This document shows positions 53,387 to 64,000 of a stretch of DNA of 64,000 nt, piece after piece. The notes under the pieces are model-generated. The model ran no database searches. It was not told the DNA's origin and saw only the letters and a list, made by a program, of their open reading frames with translations. Both the position numbers and the translations under genes were made by a program. Position 1 is the stretch's first letter, and each line of letters starts with the position of its first letter. Origin of the DNA: Rhynchopus sp. YZ270_cl-10 (taxonomy: Eukaryota); the NCBI GenBank assembly GCA_964035575.1, contig OZ037835.1, positions 1,178,001 to 1,242,000 on the forward strand, in the 5' to 3' direction.

Positions 53387-55063
53387 ATGCCGAAGCGACA
53401 CGCAGACAGCACGCAGGACGAGAACCCACGAAAGAGAAGACAGCTTTCTGCAGACGAGGTCTTGGTGGAGGCTGCCAGGAACGGCGACACGACTGCCGTG
53501 CGGGCGGTCCTTGAGAAGTTGAACCCAGACAGAAAGAAAGTGGCCTTCGATGCTGCGCACGAGGCATGCAGAGGGAACCACGATGAATGCCTCACACTGC
53601 TTCTTCCGTATGTTGAGACAACGCAGATGGGCTTTGGGATGCTGCTGAGTGAGTGTGTCCACGCAGACCACGTTGCGTGCACGGAGGTCCTCTTGCAGCA
53701 TTGGAAGTCCGTCTGCAACAACGCGGCGTTTGTCCGGCTCGAGTCCAAGCACAGCGCAGGTCAGTCAGCGAGTCTCTGTCCGGCCATGTGGTCAGACCCT
53801 GCAGTGTGTCGCGTCTTGATTGATGCAGGGGCAGACTTACATACAAAAGACGAGAAGCAACATTCGCCTCTGCACTATGCTTCTGAATCAGGAGCACTTG
53901 ACGTTGTGAAGATGTTGGTTGAAGCAGGTACGAGAGTGCGTGCCACGGACGACGAAGGATGGACGTGCCTCCACCTTGCGGCCCGTTTTGGACACACCGA
54001 GACTGTGCGCTATCTTGTGGGCTTGCCAGATGACGATTTGGATTTCCGAGACAGTGACAACCACACTGCATTGCACTTAGCCGTGCGTGAAAAACTCACA
54101 GACGTGGTGCAGTTGCTGATTGATGCAGGTGCAGACATCGAAACTGAGAACAAAGACGGATGGTCGCCTCTGCACTCTGCTTGCGAAGCTGGAGAACTTG
54201 ACGTTGTGAAGATGTTGGTTGAAGCAGGTGCGGGAGTGCGTGCCACAAATTACAAAGGATGGACGTGTCTACACGTTGCGGCGTGTTTTGGACACACCGA
54301 GACTGTGCGCTATCTTGTGGACTTGCCAGAGGTGGATGTGAATCACCGAGACACTGACAACCGCACTGCGTTGTGCTTTGCCAAACGCACAGACGCGGTG
54401 CAGGTGCTGCTTGATGCAGGTGCAGACATCGACGCAAAGGACAACAAGAGACGTGCGCCTCTGTTCTATGCTTGCGATTCAGGAGCACTTGACGTTGTGA
54501 AGGTGTTAGTCAGAGCAGGCGCGGACGACGGGGGAGGGACGTGTCTTGCACATGCAGCGAGTTGTGGACGCACCGAGACTGTTCGCTATCTTGTGGGCTT
54601 GCCAGAGGTGGATGTGAATCACCAAAATGCTGACAACTGCTTCCACAACACTGCGTTGCAGGAAGCAGTGTTGTGGAAGCAAACAGACGTTGCGCAGGTG
54701 CTGATTGATGCAGGTGCAGACATCGACACACAGACTAACTGTAATTTGAGTCGTTCGCCTCTGCACACTGCGTGCATTTTAGGAACACTTGACGTTGTGA
54801 AGATGTTGGTTGAAGCAGGTGCGGGAGTGCGTGCCACAGACACCAAAGGAAGGACGTGTCTCCACGTTGCGGCGTGTTGTGGATACACCGAGACTGTGCG
54901 CTATCTTGTGAGCTTGCCAGAGGTGGATGTGAATCACCAAGACAGTGACGACAACCACACTGCGTTGCAGTATGCGATGGAGGGCAACCACACAGACGTT
55001 GCACAGGTGCTGATTCATGCAGGTGCAGACATCGACACACAGAACAACGAGGGATGTAGTTGA
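53387..55063 (+). CDS. Ankyrin-repeat protein with N-terminal NLS-like motif (longest copy, ends abruptly)
   Basis: Four three-ankyrin supermodules. Stops mid-repeat at NNEGCS*. Confidence 0.85.
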   Translation: MPKRHADSTQDENPRKRRQLSADEVLVEAARNGDTTAVRAVLEKLNPDRKKVAFDAAHEACRGNHDECLTLLLPYVETTQMGFGMLLSECVHADHVACTEVLLQHWKSVCNNAAFVRLESKHSAGQSASLCPAMWSDPAVCRVLIDAGADLHTKDEKQHSPLHYASESGALDVVKMLVEAGTRVRATDDEGWTCLHLAARFGHTETVRYLVGLPDDDLDFRDSDNHTALHLAVREKLTDVVQLLIDAGADIETENKDGWSPLHSACEAGELDVVKMLVEAGAGVRATNYKGWTCLHVAACFGHTETVRYLVDLPEVDVNHRDTDNRTALCFAKRTDAVQVLLDAGADIDAKDNKRRAPLFYACDSGALDVVKVLVRAGADDGGGTCLAHAASCGRTETVRYLVGLPEVDVNHQNADNCFHNTALQEAVLWKQTDVAQVLIDAGADIDTQTNCNLSRSPLHTACILGTLDVVKMLVEAGAGVRATDTKGRTCLHVAACCGYTETVRYLVSLPEVDVNHQDSDDNHTALQYAMEGNHTDVAQVLIHAGADIDTQNNEGCS

Positions 55064-55379
55064 ACTGGGATGTATATTTTTTTGCAGGGACACCCCTGAG
55101 TTGGGTGGCCCTGTGTTTAAAACCCAACATCACTTTAATAAACCCAAACTTCTACCGACTGGTTGAAGACCCCAAAGAGGGGCTCAAAAGTGGGATGGGA
55201 TCAACAAACAAGAAAAATTATAGTGGAGCACACTCTAGGGTGGCTACACTAATACAACCAAGTTTTCAAAAGAAAAGAAGAACAAAGAAAGGTGGTATTT
55301 CATTTCCACTCTGCGAGTGTAAACCCAACAAAATCCAGTATTTTCCTTCAACACTTATGCACAAAACAGACACAAAACT

Positions 55380-56231
55380 ATGGAACTAAGCGTGGAGAGC
55401 TTTGACGGGGAGAAGTATTTTATTGAGGTGGGTGTGGATGACACAATTGCGGACATACGACAGAAGGTGGCGTCTGCAGCAGAGTTGTGCGAAGACGGCT
55501 TCGACATAAGCTTCGGAGGGAAGGTGATGGTCGAAGGAGACGACACGACGCAGCTGAGTGCTGGGGACACAGTTGTGCTGACGAAGATGATGTCGCAGAA
55601 GGACAAAGCCATTGCAGCTCTTCGTGACTTGGGTGAGACCAGGCTGACGGCAGAGAGGTTCGAGGGTCTTGCAGATCCCACGCTGGTTCATTTGTTTCTG
55701 CAGGCGGAGGTTGTTACTGAGATCCCTCCGGACTTCTTGAGAGCGGCCACGTTTGAGGTACTTGATCTCAGTGGTGCGTCAGTTGTGACAAAACTGAACG
55801 AGAGGACCCTCAACAACTGCAGCGCATTGCACACTGTTGATTTCTCAGGGTGGAGCAATGTGACGCACATTGGGTGCTTATTTCTCGCCGACTGCAGTGG
55901 CTTGCGTTCAATAGACTTGTCTGGGTGGAACAATGTGGAGCACATTGGGTACTCGTTTCTCGCCAACTGCAGTGCGTTGACCACCCTGAACTTGTCAGGG
56001 TGGAATAAATTGGTGCACATTGGGAGCACCTTTCTCTACCACTGCACTGCGTTGCGAACACTTGACCTGTCTGGGTGGAGCAGCGTGGGACTTATATACG
56101 GAGGCTTTCTCGTAGGCTGCACGCTACACAACATCAACGTCACCGGATCGAACAGTTATGTAGTGAACGTTTCCACGAGCAAATGCCATTGCATCACGAA
56201 TGACAGCAAGAGTCTATGTGTGTGCATGTGA
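55380..56231 (+). CDS. Ubiquitin-like + 5 LRRs, C-terminal CaaX (SLCVCM)
   Basis: Paralog of 35564-36874. Confidence 0.85.
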   Translation: MELSVESFDGEKYFIEVGVDDTIADIRQKVASAAELCEDGFDISFGGKVMVEGDDTTQLSAGDTVVLTKMMSQKDKAIAALRDLGETRLTAERFEGLADPTLVHLFLQAEVVTEIPPDFLRAATFEVLDLSGASVVTKLNERTLNNCSALHTVDFSGWSNVTHIGCLFLADCSGLRSIDLSGWNNVEHIGYSFLANCSALTTLNLSGWNKLVHIGSTFLYHCTALRTLDLSGWSSVGLIYGGFLVGCTLHNINVTGSNSYVVNVSTSKCHCITNDSKSLCVCM

Positions 56232-57415
56232 AGTGCGTGTACCTTTCGAAAGCACTATACGCTGCTCAGCATTCTGTTAAGAAGCGAGGGTTCTTTTTTG
56301 ACTAATCACAGAGTCGCTTAAGTTCTTCTCATTAACTTTTCTTTTGTGTGTTTTTGTTTTATTTGCCACTACAGATTACTCCTCTTCATTTCCCTCTTTT
56401 TTTTGGCGGGCTCCTTGCTTTTCTTTTAAAACAAGAATGAAGTACGCAAGAAGTACGCAATATAGGGTCGTCAGGAGCACCAATTAACTTTTCTTTTTTT
56501 GTTTTTTTGTCATTTGCTACTACAGATTTTCCTCTTTTTGGAGATGCTTTTAGCATAAGAATGTGTGGCTTCTTTGTGTTTCCCATTCTTTTTAAGCCTG
56601 TGTACTAAACGCACAGCACAGCAGCGTGGATCGGTGTCACGGTGCGCGAGCCTTATGCACGGAACACTTTATGTCTTCACGATGCGGGTGAGCGTTTGTC
56701 CGGGCCCTTGAGGTTACCTCCACTCCCTGTGCACAGGATATGTCTGGAAGAAGTTTGTTGTTTAACGCGTTTTTGTTCTGTTTACGCACACTTTGTGAGC
56801 GGAAAGTGCCACGTCGTTTACTCACCCAGCCGTGCTGCGTACCACCACCCGAGAGATAGTGTGTGTGGAAGCGTCGACGCATGAAACAGCTACAAGAAGG
56901 GGTGTGAGGGAACGACAATGTGGCACATTGTTTATTTTTTGAGTTGTGGTGCACTGTCACGAGAAGGACTTTGTATTTCAAGTCAGCTTTGATTTTTATT
57001 TGAGCAAAAGATTCCTTGCTGGGTGCCTAATTAGTGATACGTGGCCGTCAGCATGACTCCAGCTACGACCCAGGGAGTCATTCAGTACTGAAAGTTTTGC
57101 TTTTGTCTACATTTCAACCAAGAAAAAGAAAGGCCACTTGTTGTCGTATCTCAAAGACTTTCTCATATGATGAATGACGTGACGTGCATTGTGTGCTGTG
57201 CCCACATGGACGCATCTGCATTGTGTGTTCCTGCAAAGTGCTCTTCCCACAAACCCCCACGTGGAGGTGTCATGTGGTTGTGTGTGACGTATCCGTGTAT
57301 TCCGTTCCCTCAGAGGGTGTGTTGCATGTGTGTTCTTCGTCCTCTCTCGTCACCCACAACCTCTGCACAAAAAGAAACCAACACAAAAGACACAGCAACA
57401 ATACACAAACACACA

Positions 57416-58471
57416 ATGCCGAAGAAGCGACACGCAGACAGCACACAGGACAAGAAGCCACCAAAGAGAAGAAAGCTTTCTGCAGACGAGGTCTTGATGG
57501 AGGCTGCCAGGAACGGCGACGCGACTGCCGTGCGGGCGGTCCTTGAGAAGTTTGATTCAAACAGGAAAAATGTTACCATCGATGCTGTGTACGAGGCATG
57601 CAGAGGGAACCACGATGAATGCCTCACACTGCTTCTTCCGTATGTTGACACAACGCAGATGTGCTTTGGGATCCTGCTGAGTGAGTGTGTCCACGCAGAC
57701 CACGTTGCGTGCACGGAGGTCCTCTTGCAGCATTGGAAGTCCGTCTGCAACAACGTGGCGTTTGTCCCACATGATTCCAAGTACAGCGGAGATGCCTGTC
57801 CGGCCATGTGGAAAGACCCTGCAGTGTGTCGCGTCTTGATTGATGCAGGGGCAGACTTACATACGAAAGATGAGTACGGACGTTCGCCTCTGCACACTGC
57901 TTGCGATTCAGGAGCACTTGACATTGTGAAGTTGTTGGTCAGAGCAGGTGCGGGAGTGCGTGCCACAGACACCAAAGGAAGGACGTGTCTCCACGTTGCG
58001 GCGTGTTCTGGACACACCGAGACTGTTCGCTATCTTGTGAGCTTGCCAGAGGTGGATGTGAACCACCGAGACACGCAGAATCATGCGTGGTACTATGCGA
58101 TGGATATCAAGGATACAGATGTGATGCAGGTGCTGATTGATGCAGGTGCAGACATTGACAGAAATATTAGCGACGGTCGTTCGCTTCTGAACACTGCTTG
58201 CGTTTTAGGAGCACTTGACGCTGTGAAGATGTTGGTTGAAGCAGGTGCGGGAGTGCGTACCACAAATTACAAAGGATGGACGTGTCTCCACGTTGCGGCG
58301 TGTTTTGGACACACCGAGACTGTTCGCTATCTTATGTGCTTGCCAGAGGTGGATGTGAATCACCGAGACACTGACAACCGCACTGCGTTGCAATTGGCGG
58401 CTCTTGAGAAGCACACAGACGTGGTGCAGTTGTTTCGTACTCGGAACTTGAGGCAGCAAACTCTCGTATAG
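57416..58471 (+). CDS. Ankyrin-repeat protein with N-terminal NLS-like motif (short copy)
   Basis: Paralog of 33424 and 53387 with two supermodules. Confidence 0.85.
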   Translation: MPKKRHADSTQDKKPPKRRKLSADEVLMEAARNGDATAVRAVLEKFDSNRKNVTIDAVYEACRGNHDECLTLLLPYVDTTQMCFGILLSECVHADHVACTEVLLQHWKSVCNNVAFVPHDSKYSGDACPAMWKDPAVCRVLIDAGADLHTKDEYGRSPLHTACDSGALDIVKLLVRAGAGVRATDTKGRTCLHVAACSGHTETVRYLVSLPEVDVNHRDTQNHAWYYAMDIKDTDVMQVLIDAGADIDRNISDGRSLLNTACVLGALDAVKMLVEAGAGVRTTNYKGWTCLHVAACFGHTETVRYLMCLPEVDVNHRDTDNRTALQLAALEKHTDVVQLFRTRNLRQQTLV

Positions 58472-59424
58472 CTGCACTGGAGGTGGTGGGGTGTCCCATT
58501 TGAAAGGTGGCACAGGACGAGAGGCTTTCAGCTTGCAATGTTTTCTTCCACACTCCATCTGGAAATGAATCCCTTCTTCGCTGCCATGCGTCTTACCGTC
58601 TCCCCCATGGCACTCTTTCTCAAGCAAATGATTGGTGAAAGGAATAGACAAAAAAAGGATCAGCCGTTCGAATGGTTTACCACCACATATTGTATTGGCC
58701 CTGATGAAAAAAGGATGAAAAAGGAGCAAACAAAAGCTACGTTCTTGAGGACGACTTGTGTCTATAGTAACTAAGTACAAAACCTGCGGGCGACATTGAG
58801 TACAGGACCTTCCTAGGTTGCAGATCGTCAACGCCGCAATTAATGCGAAAGTGACCGCACCACCGTCTCTGCAATTCCAACAGCGCTTTGGCCTGCAGTA
58901 TCTGAGTGCGTGACTATCGACTCCACCACAGTGGGGCAATGTGATTGTCAACACAAAACAACAAAATAAACAGGCATACTTTACCCACACCAACCACCCC
59001 CTCAACTGAGCACAATGAACGGTGCACAGAGAGAAACGCAGCCATTGTGCTGTATGTCCTGAAGCGACAGTGCTGTGCACACCCCACCAATCTCAAGACG
59101 AATACCTTCAGCGGGAAAGGGAAATGCTTCCCCCCGCGAATGCGATGGGACACAACACTGCACGTCTGCTGCGTTTCGGGACCAACTGTGCACGTGAACA
59201 GTGCTGGCGAATGTGTTGTAGGTCGTTAACATGGATTCCGTCATGTCTAATGGGAGGAGAGAAACAGGAAGAAGCTAGCGTGCTTGCCCTCTTTCTAGAG
59301 TTTCCAACGGTACGCAACATTTCAGATCACCCTCCTTCCAACGCCCATAATTGAATGCGATTGACGCGTCTTCTCCTTCCGAATGGGAGACCGGGTAGGA
59401 TTGTAGCACGGGGAAGGGGAACTT

Positions 59425-59790
59425 TGTTGACAAGTGTCGACTTCTCTGGGTTGGTCAATGTGACGCAGGTTGGTGCCAGGTTCCTTCAGAACTGCAGCAG
59501 CGTAACGACCCTGGATATATCTCCACTCAGCAACGTGACGCAGATTAATGCCAGCTTTCTTGTCGCCTGCAACAGCTTAACCGCACTCGATTTATCTGCA
59601 CTCAGCGTGACGCAGGTTGGTCCGCGCTTCCTGTGGAACTACAGCAGCTTAACAACTCTGGATTTGTCACCACTCAGCAACGTGACGCGAGAAGAAGAGG
59701 GGCACAGTCTTGCTCACCGTGGCACAGACTACTACTTGGTGCGAGAGGAGAGCTGTGCTGAGCAAGACGTTCCACACATTGTGTTATTTT
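59425..59790 (+). pseudogene. Fragment of an NLS-type UBL-LRR gene (3-4 LRRs fused to its 3' UTR by deletion)
   Basis: LTSVDFSGLVNVTQVGARFL... jumps to 3'-UTR sequence GAAGAAGAGGGGCACAG. No UBL domain. Confidence 0.75.
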
Positions 59791-60934
59791 ATATGATTAC
59801 ATGCAATGCTAAAAGGAAATTGAACACCGCTCACTACTCCCATCCTTTTTTCCATTTTTCTAATCCGGGGCGGGTTGGAGTAGAGCCACACCGACAGGTC
59901 GAGGTGTGTGCGTTTCACCACAACCTCTCCCTTTTGTCTTTATTGTTTTTATTGTTGTTTTCGGGGGTGGGGGAAAAACATAAAAAGGAAAAGTAGGGTG
60001 CGGTTTCAATTTCGCTGTGCTGCAAAGTAATTCCCACAAAAACTCATGTACTTTTCATTACAACGTACCTCCCCACCCAACCCCCTTTTTTTTTAACCAA
60101 AAGAAAACCGACGCAGGAGCTTTTCTTGGAACTGTTTTATTCTCCCCACCCCAACAACATCACATTTCAGAAAAACATTGTTTTTTCGTTTTTGTTCACT
60201 TTCTTTTCTTCTCCCTCACACCTGTTTGCTGTGAATTAAATTTTTTCGTCCTGGTCGCAAACGCGAGTTTTCCTGGAAGCGCAGGAAAAATGACTGGGGA
60301 GTGTTGGTGGCTCCGTGACGCCACAGAGCCGGCACACTCGTTGAGTGCCTCACAAAACCTCAAATTTATTCCGCTTTGATTTTATTTATTGTCTTCACGC
60401 TATATTGTTGTTGTTGGGTTGGGAAATAAAACTGTAATTCATCACTCTGAACTCGTTGACACGACGTGGTCTTTCACTGTCTTCTTGGTAGCTTGCACGA
60501 AGAGGTGTGCTCGGTGCTTTCGTGCATTTGTCTGGCACCTCAGCTTGTCTGTGGTTGCAGCACGAGAGCACCTTTGGCGTTCTTCCTTGCGTGGGGTGGG
60601 TGGAGACAGCGTGAAGGCTGTCTGGGCTTCTTGTGAAGAATGGGGCAGGTAACGGTGCATGAGAGAGGCAGGGGCACTTGTTCATTTCATCAAGCACTGC
60701 TCTTGTCTCAGAGGCGAAACCATGCAAACCATACACGAGAGGCTCAAGTCGTCGTTGCCGATGTCGCCACCGCCTCTCATCCGCACACCAACACCGAGCA
60801 CGTGTTTGTTGTACGTGGCACGCCAAGAAGCTTCCCACATCAGCAAGGTGTAGCGTTAGTGCCTCTAGAACCCTTACTTACTTTACCCAACACCCTCCAC
60901 ACACAGAGATCAGAACACAAACCACAACAAAGAC

Positions 60935-62071
60935 ATGGACCTGAACATCAAGGGTTTCGACACGAATCAGCACACAGTCGAGGTGGGTGTGGATGACACA
61001 GTGGAGGGCTTGCGGCGGAAGGTGGCGTCTGCAGTGGGGTTGCCTGAAGACGGCTTTTGTATGAGTTTCGGAGACGAAGCGCTGGGAGAAGGAGCGGACA
61101 TGACGCAGCTGAGTGCTGGTGACACAATCATCCTGACGAAGACGCAGAAGTACCAAGCCATTGCAGAGCTTCATGCGTTGGGTGAGACAGACCTGACCGC
61201 CGAGAGGTTGGAGAGTGTGGAGGATCCTGAGGTGGCGTGTTTGCTTCTGCAGGCGGAGGTTGCGACTGTCATTCCGTTTGGGTTCTTGTCACACACTTCG
61301 TTGACGAGACTTGATCTCAGTGCTGAGTCCATTGTGACTCACATTGGAGACGACTTCCTGGCAGAGTGCACCTCGTTGACAAGTGTCGACCTCTCTGGGT
61401 TGAGCAATGTTACGCAGGTTGGTGCGTGGTTCCTTCATAACTGCAGCAGCTTAACTACCCTGGATATATCTCCACTCAGCAACGTAACGCAGATTAATGC
61501 CAACTTTCTTTTCGGATGCAAGAGCTTAGCCGCACTCGATTTATCTGCACTCAGCAACGTAACGGAGGTTGGTCCGCGCTTCCTGTGGAACTGCAGCGGC
61601 TTAACGACCCTGGATATAACTCCACTCAGAAACGCAACGCAGATTAATGATAACTTTCTTTACGGATGCAAGAGCTTAACCGCACTCGATTTATCCGCAC
61701 TCAGCAATGTGACGCAGGTTGGTGTGGGCTTCCTTGAGAGCTGCAGCAGTTTAACGACCATCGATTTATCTCCACTCAGCAACGTGACGCAGGTTGGTCC
61801 TCACTTCCTGTGGAACTGCAGCGGCTTAACAACCCTGGATTTGTCACCACTCAGCAACGTGACGTATATTAGTAACCGTTTTGGAGGTACGTATTTTGCT
61901 GAGAACTGCACTTCGTTGACGAGCATTTACCTTTCCGGCTGCAGCAGTGTTGTGTCCAACGAAGTGAGGAAGGGCGAGAAGCTGAGGAAGCTTGTGGTTG
62001 AAGCACGTCCGAAACGAAGCAGAGACGAATCCCCCGAGCAAAGCCAGAAGCGACGGAGACACGCACAATGA
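60935..62071 (+). CDS. Ubiquitin-like + 8 LRRs, C-terminal bipartite NLS-like tail
   Basis: Intact 378-aa ORF ending RPKRSRDESPEQSQKRRRHAQ. Confidence 0.88.
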   Translation: MDLNIKGFDTNQHTVEVGVDDTVEGLRRKVASAVGLPEDGFCMSFGDEALGEGADMTQLSAGDTIILTKTQKYQAIAELHALGETDLTAERLESVEDPEVACLLLQAEVATVIPFGFLSHTSLTRLDLSAESIVTHIGDDFLAECTSLTSVDLSGLSNVTQVGAWFLHNCSSLTTLDISPLSNVTQINANFLFGCKSLAALDLSALSNVTEVGPRFLWNCSGLTTLDITPLRNATQINDNFLYGCKSLTALDLSALSNVTQVGVGFLESCSSLTTIDLSPLSNVTQVGPHFLWNCSGLTTLDLSPLSNVTYISNRFGGTYFAENCTSLTSIYLSGCSSVVSNEVRKGEKLRKLVVEARPKRSRDESPEQSQKRRRHAQ

Positions 62072-63660
62072 CGACGTGGTGTGTTGGTGGGAGGGCAGCA
62101 CCTCCCCGAGGTGGAGTCTCTGGCAGTATGTCTGCTGCGTCCTCTGGTTCGGAGAAGAAGAGGGGCACAGTCTTGCTCACCGTGGCACAGACTACTACTT
62201 GGTGCGAGAGGAGAGCTGTGCTGAGCAAGACGTTCCACACATTGTGTTCTGTTACGTTGTGTCCCCATTGTGAAGCTTTCTTTTCACTCCTCTGCCTTTT
62301 TGGCTTTACCCCTTTTATGGCAAAATTTGCTGTTTTCTCACTCAATGACTCTATTTCTATTTTTCGGTGGCATGACACTTGTGACATATCGTAGGAAATA
62401 TTTTAGTGTTCGCGAAGACGATTCTTGTGCTCCTCATTCTCCCCACACTATGTCAATACAACAGGTTACACCGTTTGGTCTGTGAGGGTTTGGGGTTTAG
62501 TTCTTATGTCTCTCAGTTCAATGTTGAACTATTTCGAGAGAAGTTAATATATTTTTCAAAAACTACTTCAAACCCAAACCTTTGTATTTTAGTGTGATCT
62601 GGTCGTGAGGAAGCGTTCCAACTTTTCTATGTCTCCCCTCATTTTTCTATTCGCGATTTCCCCCACCCGCGTTTTTAGAATCAACATAGTGTGTACGTTA
62701 GGATTTTGCCTTTTTCCATGCTACAGGAGGATTGGCCACTCCAATATGCATAAAGTTGTTTACTCTTTTGTCCCGAAGGTCAACACGAGAGCTTCTGGAG
62801 GCAGTGCTGAAGGAAGTTCACGTGGATGGCTCTTAATGAGTTGACTGTGGACATATTTGTGCAAAGGTACAAATACAAATAATTCCCCCAAAACAAAACA
62901 AAATACTGTAGCAGTGTGGCTACACTAATGCAACCAAGTTTTCAAAATAGAAGAAAAGCATTCTGACACCTCCTGCAAAGCGTACTCCTTCTATTTGCTC
63001 TCTTTTAAGGATCCTGTGAAGAAAATGTGCCTGCTATCTAGTGATAGTAGTCTGTAAACAAACAGAATTATGTTCCGCTGTGCTGCAAAATATTCCCCAC
63101 AAAAACCCATGTCTTTTTCATTACAACGTACCTCCCCACCCAATCCCCCTCTTTTTTCTGTAATTCATCACTCTGAACTCGTTGACACGACGTGGTCTTT
63201 CACTGTCTTCTTGGTAGCTTGCACGAAGAGGTGTGCTCGGTGCTTTCGTGCATTTGTCTGGCACCTCAGCTTGTCTGTGGTTGCAGCACGAGAGCACCTT
63301 TGACGTTCTTCCTTGCGTGGGGTGGGTGGAGACAGCGTGAAGGCTGTCTGGGCTTCTTGTGCAGAACGGGGCAGGTAACGGTGCATGAGAGAGGCAGGGG
63401 CACTTGTTCATTTCATCAAGCACTGCTCTCGTCTCAGAGGCGAAACCATGCAAACCAGACACGAGATGCGCAAGTCGTCGTTGCCGATGTCGCCACCGCC
63501 TCTCATCCGCACACCAACACCGAGCACGTGTTTGTTGTACGTGGCACGCCAAGAAGCTTCCCACATCAGCAAGGTGTAGCGTTAGTGCCTCTAGAACCCT
63601 TACTTACTTTACCCAACACCCACCACACACAGAGATCAGAACACAAACCACAACAAAGAC

Positions 63661-64000
63661 ATGGACCTGAACATCAAGGGTTTCGACACGAATCAGCACA
63701 CAGTCGAGGTGGGTGTGGATGACACAGTGGAGGGCTTGCGGCGGAAGGTGGCGTCTGCAATGGGGTTGCCTGAAGACGGCTTTTGCATGAGTTTCGGAGA
63801 CGAAGCGCTGGGAGAAGGAGCGGACATGACGCAGCTGAGTGCTGGTGACACAATCATCCTGACGAAGACGCAGAAGTACCAAGCCATTGCAGAGCTTCAT
63901 GCGTTGGGTGAGACAGACCTGACCGCCGAGAGGTTGGAGAGTGTGGAGGATCCTGAGGTGGCGTGTTTGCTTCTGCAGGCGGAGGTTGCGACTGTCATTC
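63661..64000 (+). CDS. UBL-LRR paralog, 5' part (runs off the window)
   Basis: Near-identical to 60935 onward. Confidence 0.85.
   Translation, partial: MDLNIKGFDTNQHTVEVGVDDTVEGLRRKVASAMGLPEDGFCMSFGDEALGEGADMTQLSAGDTIILTKTQKYQAIAELHALGETDLTAERLESVEDPEVACLLLQAEVATVI

Larger units (their letters stand above)
60432..64000 (+). repeat. Tandem segmental duplication, period 2726 bp, carrying the NLS-type UBL-LRR gene
   Basis: 60432 matches 63158 and 60935 matches 63661. A related unit lies at ~23000-24883 plus 31447-32400. Confidence 0.85.

Overview
Eukaryotic, repeat-rich DNA. Intronless host genes all lie on the + strand, several with a polypyrimidine tract and AG just before the ATG, consistent with a trans-splicing euglenozoan-type protist (inference). 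Positions 1-20,400 hold two inverted, near-identical copies of an APE-RT-RNase H non-LTR retrotransposon (LINE-A: ORF1, polyQ, 2A peptide, pol split by a 408-bp MITE with 7-bp TSDs). Copy 1 sits in a CAGATCG/CGTT satellite, and two 5'-truncated 3' fragments are chained head-to-tail onto a related satellite. Positions 21,000-39,700 hold RNase H2 subunit B, a ubiquitin-like+LRR gene split by a 602-bp retroposon with an ingi/L1Tc-like 5' signature, and a second LINE (LINE-B) whose ORF1 and pol are in frame across a single TGA-C followed by a 2A-like motif. This stretch also has ankyrin, UBL-LRR and scramblase-like genes. Positions 40,200-50,200 are a nest of non-autonomous DNA transposons. Positions 50,300-64,000 hold a decayed ANK-ART-NACHT (NLR-like) gene and a duplicated cluster of ankyrin and UBL-LRR genes with variable repeat numbers and either NLS-like or CaaX tails. 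The best candidates for undescribed biology are the recoding+2A pol expression in both LINEs, the variable UBL-LRR/ANK/NLR-ART cluster, and strand-asymmetric GA-mismatch DNA hairpins. All calls were made by eye; no searches were run.
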